DNA of 64,000 nucleotides, taken from the NCBI RefSeq assembly GCF_009914755.1, contig NC_060945.1; one strand, written 5' to 3'. Position 1 is the stretch's first letter. The number at the start of each line of letters is the position of its first letter. This document shows, piece by piece, positions 26,601 through 38,447 of this stretch. This DNA is from the human T2T-CHM13v2.0 reference genome, Homo sapiens. The notes under the pieces were generated by a model. That model was not told the origin of the DNA. It saw nothing but the letters and a program-made list of their open reading frames with translations, and did not search any database. Position numbers and translations under genes: made by a program.

Positions 26601-29600
26601 AAAGAAAAGCTGATTTTCAGGGGGAAAATTCATGAAGGCTCCAGAAATTTGCATAAAATGGAGGCCAGTGCTAATAGCCAAGACAATGGGGGAAAAAGCC
26701 TTGGAGGCATTTCAGAGATGTTTACAGCAGCATTTACTGTCACAGACCCTGGGGCCTCGGAGAGAATGGTTTCCGGGGCCAGCCCCATGGCCCTGCTGCT
26801 GTGTGCAGCCTCAGGACACTGCTGCCTGCATCCCAGCAGCCCAGCTCCTGCTCCGACCTTGGCTGAAAGATACACAGCTACAGATTGCATCACTGCTTCA
26901 GAGGGTACAAGCTATAAGGCTTCATGGCTTCCACATAGTGTTAAGCCAGCGAGTCCATAGAGCACTAGCCCAGAGGCTTCGGAGCCCTCATATAGATTTT
27001 GGAAGATGTACGAAAATGCTTGGGTGTCCAGACAGAAGGCTGCCAAAAAGCAGAGCCTCTTGGGAAACCTCTACTAGGGCAGTGCAGAAGGAAAATATGG
27101 GGTTGGAGCCCCCACACCGGAGGCCACCATCATGCAGACCCCAGACTCATAGACCCACCAAGAGTTTTGTACCCTCTGTGGGTGAAAACTACAGGCACTC
27201 AACACCAGCACAGCCCATGAGGGCAGCTGTGGGGACTGAAAACTGCAAAGCCACAGGTGCAGACCTGCCCAAGGCCTTGGGAGCCCAGCCCTCATGCCCT
27301 TGTGCCCTGGATGTGGGGCAAGGATTAAAAAAGGATGACTTTGGAGCTGTAGGTTTTAATAACTGGCCTGCTGGGTTTTGGATTTTCATGGGATCTGTAA
27401 GTCCCATTTGTGTTTCATTGCTTCTCTGGCAAAAATCTTCCTTTAGGATGGGAATTCTTACTCAATGCCTGGACAATCATACCTTGGAAGTAGTTAACTT
27501 GCTTTGTATTTCAGAGGCTCAGGAGCAGAACGGACAGCATCTTTGTCTCAGATGAGACTTTGGGCTTCAGACATTTAAGTAAATGCTGGAATGAGTTAAG
27601 ACGTTGGGGGTTTTAGCCAAGACGATGGGGAAAAGTCATTAAAGGCGTTTCATAGCTTCACTTCACAGTACTAATTTTCTGTATGATCATAACAAAAAGG
27701 GGTTTAATTGGCTCATCGTTCTGCAGGCTGTAAAAAAAAAGCATAGTGGCTTGGGGAATGGTAAGTAAGGCATCACTGTATTTTGCAAAGTGAGAAGGAC
27801 ATGAGATTTGGGGAGGCAGGGACAGAAGAATAAGATTCGGCTGTGTGTCCCTATGGAAACTCATGTGGAATTGTAATCAGAAATGTTAAAATTGGGGCCA
27901 GGTGGAAGGTGATTTAATCATGGAGGGCACTGGGTGTTGGAAGGTGGAGATTGGGGAGGATGGGTGGATTATGCTGGGGGTGAGGGGTGAAAAGTGGGGG
28001 TGGGGGGATGATCCCTCACAAGTAGTTAAACACCATCTCCTTAATCCTTTCCTCATGATGGTGAGTTCTCGTGACGGTTTTGGAGCTGTGTGATTGAATG
28101 GATACTGACCTCCTGGGTTTTGGACTTGCGTTGGCCCTGTGATCACATTTGTGTTATTTTCCTGGCAAACTTCTACCCTTTGGATTGAGAAAACTTACCC
28201 AATGCCTGTACCATCATTGTACCTTGAAAGAAAAGAACTCACTTTTAAATTCAGGGACTTATAGGCAAAAGGGACTGTAGCCTTTTCTCAGGTGAGACGT
28301 GGAACTTTTTACATTCGAGTTAATGCTGAAATGACTTAAGACTTTTGGCAACTTTTGAAAAGGCATGATTGTATTTTACTCTGTGAGAAGGATATGATAT
28401 TTGGGGGATCAGGGTCAGAATAGTATGATTTAGCTGCGTGTCCCTACCTAAACTCACATGTAATTGTAATCCTGAATGTTGCAGGTGGGGCCTGGTGGGA
28501 AGTGACTTATTCATGGATGGGAGAGGGGTGGAGTTGGAAGTAAAAACAGGTGGGTAAGGTGGGGAGACGTAGGCTGGCTGTAGGGTGGTGTGTAGCAGGA
28601 GGGGAGTAGCCTGCCACAGAGGCAGAGGCTCATGGAAAACCTCTACTAAGGCAGTGCACCTGTGGCTTTGCAGGGTTTAGCACCTGCAGCTGCCCTCATG
28701 GGCTGGGCTGCTGTTGAGTGCCTGAAGCTTTTCCATACTGGGGGTGTGAGCTGTTGGTAGGTCCATGACTCTTGGGCTGTAGGATGGTGGCGTGGGGGCT
28801 CCAAGCCCATATTTTCCTTTTGCACTGCCCTAGTAGAGGTTTTCCAGGCGGATCTGTCTCTGTCTCAGGCTTTTGCTTGGAAACAGTGGGTAGTGGATAT
28901 GGGGTGGTGGGCGGATCCTTCACCAACAGTTAAGCACCATCTTGATGCTGACCTTCTGATAGTGAGCTCTCATGAGATCTAGTTGTATAACTGGATATTG
29001 CACTTCTTTCCTCTCTCTGTCTTGCTTCTACTCCTGCCATATGAAACATTTCATTGCTGCTTGGCCTTCTGGTATAATTGGGAGGCTTCCTGAGTCCCCC
29101 TACAAGCAGAAACCACTATGCTTTCTTTACAGCGTGAAGAACTGTGAGTCAATTAGACCTCTTTTCTTTATGTAGATACAGAAAATTAATGCTGTGAAGT
29201 GAAGTTATGAAATGACTTCTAGGTGTTTCCCCCATTCTCTTGGCTATTAGCGCTGAGCTTCTTTCAATGCAAATATTGGAGGCCATCTTGATGTTTCCCC
29301 TGATAATGGACTTTCCTTCTTTTACCACATTACCAGGCTGCAGCAAAGATAGCTGACAGTGTAGACGCAGGTTCCAAATTGGGTAGTGGCCAGAGGTTAG
29401 AGAGTTTGGAGAGCTTGGAAGAAGACAGGAAGATGAGGGAAATTTTGCACCATTGCAGAGACTTATTAAATAGTTGTGAGTAAAAGGCTGACAGAAGGAT
29501 GGACAGTGAAGACCAGCCTTGTAAGGTCTCAGATGAAAATGAGGAACTTACTGGGAAAAGGAGCCAAGGTTTTTTTGTTTTGACTTAGCAAAATAATTGG

Positions 29601-32600
29601 CTACACAGTGACCCTTCCCGGGAGATCTGTGAAACTGAACTCGAGGGTGATAATTTAGGGTGTATTTGGTGGAATGAACTTCTAAGCAGCAAAGTTCAAG
29701 AGTTGTACTGCCTACATCGAACAGCCTGTGCTCCTATGTGTGATGAAAGAAATGACCATAAGTTGGAACTTATATTTAAATGAGAAACATAGCTTCAACA
29801 TTTGGAAAATTTGTAATCTGGACAAGTGGTCAAAAAGAAAAGCTGATTTTCAGGGGGAAAATCAAGAAGGTTTAGGATATTTGCATAAAAAGGAGCCCAA
29901 TGCTAATAATTCAAGACAATGGGAAAAAGGCCTTGAAGGCATTTCAGAGACCTTTGTAGCAGTCCTTGCTGTCACTGGCCCTGGGGTTTAGGAGAAAAGA
30001 ATAGTTTCCTGGCTCAGCCCCATGGCTCCACTGCTGAGTGCAGCCTCAGGACACTACTGCCTGCATCCCTGCAGCTCCTTTTACAGCTTCAGCCATGGAT
30101 GAAAGATGTACAGGTACAGCTTGCAACACTGCTTCAGAGGATGCAAGCTCCAAGCCTTGGTGGCTTCTACATAGTGTTAAGCCAGCAGGTGCATAAAGCA
30201 CAGGACTAGAAGCTTCAGAGCCTTCGTCTGGACTCCAGAGAATATATCAGAAAGCCTGAGTGTCTAGCCAGAAGCTTTTCCAAGAGGCAGAGCCTCATGG
30301 TAAACCTCTACTCAGGTAGTAAACAAGGAAAGTATAGGGTTGGAGACCCCATAGAGGGAGGCACCATTTTCCAGACCTCGGTTTCATAGACCCACCAGCT
30401 GCTTGCACCCTTAGTGTTGAAAAGCTACAGGTATTCAACGCCAGCCTAGCCAATGAAGTCAGCTGTAGGGGGAAGAGTCTGCAATGCCACATGTGCAGAG
30501 CTGCCCAAGGCCTTGGGATCCCAGCCATCGCACCACCCTGTGCTCTGGATGTGGACATAGATTCCAAAAAGATGATTTGGAGCTGTATGATGGAATGACT
30601 GGCCTGCTGTGTTTTTGACTTGCAGGTGGTTTTTAAGTCTCATCTGTGTTTTGTGCTTCTTTCTGGCAAGTTTCTTCTTTTTGGCTTGGAATGCTTACCC
30701 AATGCCTGTACAATCATTGTACCTTGGAAGTGGTTAACTTGCTTTGTATTTCAGAGGCTCAGGGCAGAAGGTATGGCAGCCTTGTCTCAGAAGAGACTTT
30801 GGGCTTTAGACATTTGAGTAAACGCTGGGATGAGTTAAGATTTGGGGGACTCTAGGGAAGGCATCATTGCGTTTTGCAATGTGAGAAAGACATGAACTTT
30901 GGGGGACCAGGGACAGAATAATATGTTTTGGCTCTGTGTCTCTACCAAAACTCATATGGAATTTTAATGGGAAATGTTAAAGGTGGGGGCTGGTGGAAGG
31001 TGATTTAATCATGATGGAGAGTGGAGGTGGGATGGTTGGGGGGGTGGGGAGGGTGGGGGTGATTAGGGGGTGGGGAGGGTTGGGGTGATTGTGGTGGGGT
31101 TGGGGGTGAAAGGCAGGGGCGGGGGGTGCATCCTTCACAAATGGACATTTGAGTAAATGCTGGAATGAGTTCAGACACTGGGGGACTGTAGAGGATGCAT
31201 CATTGTATTTTGCAGTATGAGAAGGATGTGAGATTGGGGAGCCAAAGGGAGAATAAAATGATTTGGCTCTATGTCCCTACCAAAACTCATGTTGAATTGT
31301 AATGGGGAATGTTAAACGTGGGGCTTGGTAGAAGATGATTTAATCATGGTAGAGAATGGGGGTTGGAAGGGGGATGTAGGAGAACGGAGGTTCATGGTGT
31401 GAGTGAAGGTGAAACATGGTGACGGGTGACAGATCCTTCACAAATGGTTAAATACTATCTCCTTAATGCAGTCTGTGTGATAGTGAGTTCTCATGATAAA
31501 TGAATGCTGTCCTGCTGGGTTTTGGAGTCGGATTGGGCCTGTGTCCCATTTGTGTTATTTTTCTGGGAAAATCTTCCCTTTGGTTTGAGAAAGCTTACCC
31601 AGTGCCTGTGCCATCGTTTTAACTTGAAAGAAAAGAATTGCATTTTACATTCAGGGACTTATAGGCAGAAGGGATTGGTCTTGTTCTGGATGAGACTTGA
31701 ACTTACTACATTTGAGTTACTGCTGGAATGAGTTAAGACTTTTTGAAACTTTTGAAAAGGCATGTTTGTATTTTTCTGTGTGAGAAAGACTTGAGATGTG
31801 GGGGTGTCAGGGTCAGGATAATATGGTTCGGCTGTGTTTCTCTACAAAAACTCATGGGGAACAGCATTCCTGACTGTTGTAGGTGGGACCTGGTGGGAGG
31901 TGATTTAATCACAAACAGGAGGTTGGTAGGGGTGAAAGGGAAAATAAATGGGTAGGGTGGGGAGGAGTAGGCTGGCAGTAGGGTGGTGAGAGGGTGGTGG
32001 GCAGTAGGAAGGGGGAGTAGCCTGCTGCAGAGGCAGATCCTCATGGAAAACCTCTACCAGGGCTGTGCACCTGTGGTTTGCAGGGTGTAGCCGCCGTGGC
32101 TGCCCTCATAGGCTGGGCTGGTGTTGAGTGCCTGTAGCTTTTCCATACTGAGATTGCAAGCTGTTGGTGGGTCTATGAATCTGGGGTCTGAGGATGGTAA
32201 CCTCATGCGTGGGGCCTCCAAGCCCATCTATTTTTTCTGCTCTGCCCTAGTAGAGGTTTTCCTAGTGGCTCTGCCTCTGCCTCAGGCTTCTGCCTGGAAA
32301 CAGTGAGGGGTGTGGGTGGTAGGGGGCAGATCTTTCACCAATGGTTAAGCAATATCTTGATACTGACCTTGTGATAGTGAGTTCTCAGGAAATCTGGTTG
32401 TATAACAGGGTTATACAACGTGTGGCACCTTTTTCCTCTCTCTGTTTTTTTTTCTACTTCTGCCATATAAAACATCCCATTGCTGCTTGGTCTTCTGGTA
32501 TGATTGGGAGGCTTCCTGAATCTTCCCAGAAGCAGAAGCCTCTATGATTTATTTAGAGCTTGCAGAAACATCAGCCAGTTTAACCTCTTTTCTTTCTGAT

Positions 32601-35525
32601 TATACAAAAAAATAATGCTATAAAGTGGAACTATGAAATGCCTTCAAGACCTTTTTCCTAGTCTCTTGGCAATCAGCACTCAGCTTCTTTTCAGGCAAAT
32701 ATTTGAAGCCTGCATTAATTTTTTCCTGAAATGGACTTTTCTTCTTTTACCACATTGCCAGGCTATGACAAACGTAGCTGAAAATGTAGAAGCAGGTTGA
32801 GAAGTGTGTAATGGCCAGAGGTTGGAGAGTTTGGAGGTCTTGGAAGAAGACAGGAAGATGAGGAAAACTTTGGTCCAGTGTAGAGACTTGTTAAATAGTT
32901 ATAATTAAAAAAGTGACAGAAGGATGGACAGTGATCACCAGGCTTAGAAGGTCTCACATGAAAATGAGGAGCTTGCTGGGAACAGGAACCAAGGTCACTT
33001 TTGTTTTTTCCTTAGCAAAGAACATTGCTGCATGATGCCCCTAATGTGGAGACCTGTGAAAATTTGAACATCAAGGTGATAATTAAGAGTGTATTTGGTG
33101 GAATGAAATTTTAGGCAGCAAAGCTTAAGAGGTGTCCTGTCTGTGTCGAACAGCCTGTGGTCCTATATGTGACCAAATAAATGACCTCAAGGTGAAACTT
33201 ATATTTAAATGAGAAGGAGAGCTTAAAAGTTTGGAAAATTTGCAGACTGGCCTAGTGGTCAAAAAGAAAAGCTGATTATCAGTGGGAAAGTTCAAAAAGG
33301 CTTCAGAAATGTGCATAAAAAGGAATTCAGTGCTAATAGCCAATACAATGTTAAAAAGGCCTTGAAGGCATTTCAGAGACTTTTGCAGCAGCCCTTGCTA
33401 TCACAGGCCCTGAGGCCTGGGATAAAAGAATGGTTTCCTTCTCCAGCCCAATGGCCCCGCTGCTATGTCCATCCTCAGGACACTGCTGACTGCATTCCTG
33501 AAGCTCCAGCTCCAGCCATGGCTGAAAGATGCACAGGTACAGCTTGGGTCACTGCTTCAGAGGGTGCAAGCTGCAAGCCTTGGTGGCTTCCACATAGTGT
33601 TAAGCCAGCAGGTGCACAGAGCACAAAACTAGAGGCTGGGGATCCTTTGTCTGGACTCCAGAGTATGTATGGAAAAACCTGGGTGTCCAGGTCGAAACTT
33701 TTCCAAGAGGCAGAGCCTCCTTTACTAGGTCAGTAGAGAAGGAACATATAAGGTTGGAACCCCATACAGGGAGGCACCATTCTGCCAACTCCAGATTCAT
33801 AGACTCACTAGCAGCTTGCACCCTGATTGTGGAAAAGCTATAGGTACTCAACACCAGCCCAGCCCATGAGGGCAACTGTGGAGGTTAGACCCCGCAAAAG
33901 TCACAGGTGCAGACCTGCCCAAGACCTTGGGAGCCCAGGCCTCATACCCTTGTGCTCTGGATGTGGGATCTGGATTCAAAAAAAATGATTTGGAGGTGTA
34001 GGATTCAATGACTGGCCTGTTGGGTTTTTGACTTGTATGGGGTCTGTAAGTCCCAAATATATTTTGTGCTTCTTTCTGGCAAATTTGTTCCTTTTGGCTG
34101 GGAATACTTATCCAATGCATGTAAAATCATTGTACTTTGGAAGTACTTGCTTGGTATTTCAGAGGCTCAGGGGTAGAACATATGGCAGCCTTGTCTCAGA
34201 AGAGACTTTGGGCTTTGGACACTTCAGTAAATGCTGGAATGAGTTAAGAGATTGGGAAACTGTAGAGAAGGCATCATTGTACTTTGCAGTGTGAGAACAA
34301 CATGAAATATGGGGACCAGGGTCAGAATAATATGATTTGGCTCTGCATCCCTAACAAACTCATGTGGAATTGTAATGGGGAATGTTGAAGGTGGGGCCTG
34401 GTGGGAGGTGATTTAATCATTGAGAAGCATGGGGGTTGGAGGTAAGGGTGTGGAGAGAATGGGGGAGATTATTTTGTGGGTGGGAGTGAAAGATGAGGGT
34501 GGGGGTCAGATCCTTCACAAATGGTTAAGCACACTCTCCTTAATGCTGTTCACATGACAGTGAGTTCTCTTGATGATTTTGGAGCTGTGAGATTGAGTGA
34601 ATACTGTCCTGCTGGGTTTTGGACTTGCATTTGTGTTATTTTTCTGGGCAACTTCTTCCCTTTGGATTGAGAAACCTTACCCAATACCTGTTCTACCTTG
34701 AAGGAAAAGAAATCCCTTTTAAATTCAGGGACTCATTGGCAGAAGGGACTGTAACCTTGTCTCAGATGAGATTTTGAAATTTTTACATTCGGAATGAGTT
34801 AAGACTTTTGGAAACTTTTGAAAAGGCATGATTGTGTTTTGCTCTGTGAGAAGGACATGAGGTTCTGGGGAATCAGGGTCAGAATAATATGAGTTGGCTG
34901 TGTGTCCCTATAAAACTCACGTGTCATCCTTAATGTTGGAGGTGGGCCAGGTGGGAGGTGACTTAATCTTGGATGGGAGGGGGTTGGGGTGGAAGGAAAA
35001 GGAGGGATAGTGTGGGGAGGAGTAGGTTGTCAGTAGGGTGGTGGGAAGGTGAGAGTAACCTGCTGCAGAGGCAGAGGCTCATGGGAAACCTCTACTAGGA
35101 GAGTGCACCTGTGGCTTTGCAGGGTGTAGCCCCCATGGCTGATCTCATGGGCTGGGTTGGTGTTGAGTGCCTGTAGCTTTTCCATACTGAGTGTGTGAGC
35201 TGTTGGTGGGCTTATTAATCTGGAGTCTGGAGGATCGTGGCCTCTTGTGTGGGGGCTCAAAGCCTATATTTTCCTTCTCTGCTGCCATAGTGGAAGTTTC
35301 ATAAGAGGTTCTGCCTCTGCAGGAGGCTTCTGCCTGGAAGCAGTGGACAGTGGTGTGGTTGGAGAATCCTTCACCATTGGTTAGTCTTCTTGATGCTGAT
35401 CTCCTGATAGTGAGTTCTCATGTGATCTGGTTGTCTAACAGGATGTCACACCTCTTTCCCCTCTCTGTCTTGCTCCTACTCCTGCCATATGAAACATCTC
35501 ATTGCCTCTTGGTCTTCTGATATGG
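20608..35525 (+). mobile_element. Tandem array of rearranged MST/THE1-type MaLR LTR plus internal segments (~3.0-3.4-kb unit, 4-5 copies)
   Basis: Repeated LTR motifs (gagttctcatgagatctggttg, cccagaagcagaagccactatgc, gagccaattaaacctcttt) and MaLR-internal motifs (gtctcagatgagactttgg, ggaatgagttaagactttggg); marker gtgcacctgtggctttgcag at 22261, ~25396, 28654, 32065, 35103. Confidence 0.9.
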
Positions 35526-35529
35526 TTAG

Positions 35530-36310
35530 GAGGGGCCTGATCAGTGTGGGCCTGCTCAGTGGACCTAGTCAGTTGCGACTTGTCAGTGAGGCCTATTTAG
35601 TGGGGGGTGGTCAGCAGGGGTCTGCTTAGAGCGGGTCTCATTAGAGGGATCTAGTAGTGCATGTCTTGGTGAGTGGGTTGATAGTGGTAGACAAATGTTT
35701 GGTGTCTGGTCAGTGCCAATCTGGGCTGTGGGACTTGTTCAGTGGAGACCTTGGGACCGAGTCAGCAGAGACGCTTGTCAGTGGGGCCCTGGTCAGGGCA
35801 GGCTGGTCCGTGGAACTTAATCAGTGGGGGCCTGGTCAGAGAGGACTTGATCATTGGTGGCTTTTGTAGCACTGGTCTACGGGGTGACCTGGTCAGCGGG
35901 GATCTGAGCAGTGTGTGCCTGTTCAGTGGGGCGTAGTCATTAGGGTCCCAGTCAGGGGCATCTTGTCACCTCAGTCCTGGTTAGCAGGGGCCTGGTCACT
36001 GGCTGCCTATTCCCTGCAGGCCTGGTCAGTGGGGCTTCGTCTGTGGGACCAGACAATGAGGTCATGATCGGTGGAACCTGATCAGTGAGGCCTTGTCAGT
36101 AAGGACCTCGTCAGTGAGGCCTTGCCAGTGAGGCCTTGCCAGTGAGGCCTTGTCAGTAAGGTCTTCGTCAGTGGAGTCCTGGTCATTGTGGGCCTGGCAG
36201 CGGGAATCTAGTTAGTGAGGCCTGGTGATGGGGCTCTAATCAGTGAGGGTGTGGTCAGGGAGGAAGTGATATGCTGGATCTGGTCACCAGGGACCTGGTC
36301 AGTGGGGGCT
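35530..36310 (+). repeat. Degenerate GGTCAGT minisatellite, copy 2
   Basis: Same unit as 16885-17520; includes gtgaggccttg[t/c]cag triplets at ~36085-36157. Confidence 0.8.
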
Positions 36311-36519
36311 GCTGAGTACTGCTGGGAGATGTCAGGGGAAATGCATGTTATTGAGGAGCCTGTGGACAGCTGGGGTGGCCCAGTGGTGTTCAATGGCCCA
36401 GTCAAAAGTGGACAAAGCAGGTGTTTGGATGGACCTGGGAGATCTTGCTCAGAGATTCTGACAGGACAAAGGTAAAGGAAAGGCCAGAGTGGTCGGAGAG
36501 ATAGTCACAGTCTATGGTC

Positions 36520-37486
36520 TGCACAGGATGGACGAGGCCAGGGAACAGGCAGGGTGGGCAGCTTGGTTTCAGGGAGAGGCAGGTGCATGCTGGGAGGTCA
36601 GACCCTATGAGGGTTGTGGGGGCGTCAGGTGGTGTGGGCTCCAGGTGCACCCTCAGCGCACTGGGCAGGTCTTGGCCCAGGCTCCCTGGACCTTGGCCGG
36701 GTGATGTGGTCACTTGCTGGGAGACTGTTGTCAGGTGCTGGCCACCCACCCTGGGTAGCACTGTCCCATCTCAGGACTGGACTTCCTCAGATACTGTAGA
36801 GGGCACAGCCTCCAGCCCAGGAGGGGCAGCCCCTTGGTGCAGCCTGAGCTCTCCATGGGTCTGGAGCATCCCCTGCCAGCCCTGCACTCCCTCTTCTCCC
36901 AGGTCCCACTTTTCCAGGGTCAGCCAGTGGGGAGACCCCTTCCTCACTTCCCTATGTGTCTCCTGGGCTGAAACTTGCAGTGCACTGGGACAGGGATGAG
37001 GCTTCCCTAAGGCCCATTTAGGGAGAGAACTGGCTCCCAGCCTGGCACAGGTCCTCAGCTCTGCCTTGGTTGCCTTAGAATGAGATGTATCAGTACCTTT
37101 ACCTGAAGGTAAAGGTAGGAGACTGTCCCTGCTGTTGGGAGGCTGGTCTAGGGATGGAGGACTTCACAGGTCCTCCCAGTCTGTCAGGCCTGGGCAGCAC
37201 TGTCCTGTTTTAGGACTCAGAAAGTCCAGTTCTGGGATGGGACGGTGCTGCCCAGGGAGGGTGGCCAGGGTCTGACAACAGTCCCCCAGGGAGTGACCAC
37301 ATCACCCAGCCGGGGTCCAGGGAGCCTGGCCTGAGACCTGCCTGGTGCACTGAGGGTGCACCTGGAGCCCACTCCACCTGATGCCCCCACAGCCCTCACA
37401 GGTCCTGACCTCCCAGCATGCACCTGCCTCTCCCTGAATTCCAGCTGTCCACCCTGCCTGTTCCCTCACTTCCTCCATCCTGTCCA
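36520..37486. repeat. ~270-bp inverted repeat (arms ~36520-36790 and ~37216-37486)
   Basis: cacaggatggacgaggccagggaacaggcagggtgg...ggactggacttcctcag is matched by its reverse complement; the ORF track shows near-identical peptides on opposite strands (36514+ and 37217-). Confidence 0.9.
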
Positions 37487-37658
37487 GCAGGATGGGATGG
37501 GCAGGGGGACAGCCTGTGTGCACATTTCATGGCAAGCAGGAGTGACACACCATCCCTGGGAGGCGCCTTGGTTCCTCCAAAACCCGGCCCCAGAACTCTG
37601 TCCTTGGGGTGGTTTTACCAAACCCCAAACCCAGAACTGTGGTTGTGTCTCAGGGGTC

Positions 37659-38073
37659 AGCACCCGCTAGTTCTACAATGTCGCCAAGGACTTTGATTGT
37701 ACAATGTTCTTCTTTTCAATAGTCATTCCAAATATTGTGAGATGCATTGTTTCAGGAAGCCCCTTGCCCTCCTAAAAGCCACCCTACTTCTCTCTAAGGA
37801 GAATGGCCCAGTCCTCTCCCGAGTTCACACATGGTAGGCGATAGCATTGCTTTTGTGTAAATTATGTAATGCAAAATTTTTTTAAATATTTGCCTTAATA
37901 CTTTCAAATTTTGTTTTATTTTGAATGACTAGCCTTCATGGCCCCACTTTTTTGTACCCCAACTTGGAATGTATGAAGGGTTTTGGTCTCCCTGAGAGTG
38001 GCTCAAGGCAGCCAGGGCTTACCTGTACTCTGACTTGAGAAAAGTTGGATGAAAGTGTTCACCTTAAAAAAAA
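37659..38073 (+). pseudogene. ACTB: ACTB retrocopy fragment (distal 3'UTR to poly-A)
   Basis: ggactttgattgtaca...aatagtcattccaaat...cttctctctaaggagaatggcccagtcctctccc...taaattatgtaatgcaaaattt...ggcagccagggcttacctgtac...caccttaaaaaaaa matches the beta-actin 3'UTR; AATAAA has decayed. Confidence 0.93.
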
Positions 38074-38447
38074 TTGAATGACGAAGCATTAACAAAAACA
38101 GTATTTCAGTACAGTGGACAGCTTAGCATTTTGACAATTGGGAATAAAATGCTCATTTCTGAACTGTACAATGTAAGACACAAAAACAAAACACTGGAAA
38201 TGGAAATTCAATTATGTCATTATAGACTGGCTACTGCTCTACATGACTGTGACCAAAGTCAGATAGTTGAAAGAGATTTCTTTCCAGAGAACAAGACATG
38301 AACAGGTTTATTTACAGAAAACAATGAATTCTCACATATCTAACCTAAAATATAGCAGATTCTTTCCGAACAAGTCTAATGTAGACAGTAAAATTAACAG
38401 GCTAAAAATTAAGCTCCATCAAACAAGATGAACTCTGAGAGAATAGA
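38072..38447 (+). pseudogene. ANKRD26/POTE-family coiled-coil exon remnant
   Basis: LNDEALTKTVFQYSGQLSILTIGNKMLISEL...RLATALHDCDQSQ, then (frameshifted) FQRTRHEQVYLQKTMN...KINRLKIKLHQTR*TLRE, collinear with the ANKRD26 LNEETLTQTISQY...DALREK segment. Confidence 0.88.

Noticed and set aside
26632-27555. 307-aa ORF, the longest in the window
   Set aside because: Lies within MaLR internal sequence; equivalent segments in the other array units are broken, so it is most likely a chance open remnant.
36514-36999. 161-aa ORF and its antisense twin (37217-37423)
   Set aside because: The peptide similarity is explained by the DNA inverted repeat; no recognisable protein family.
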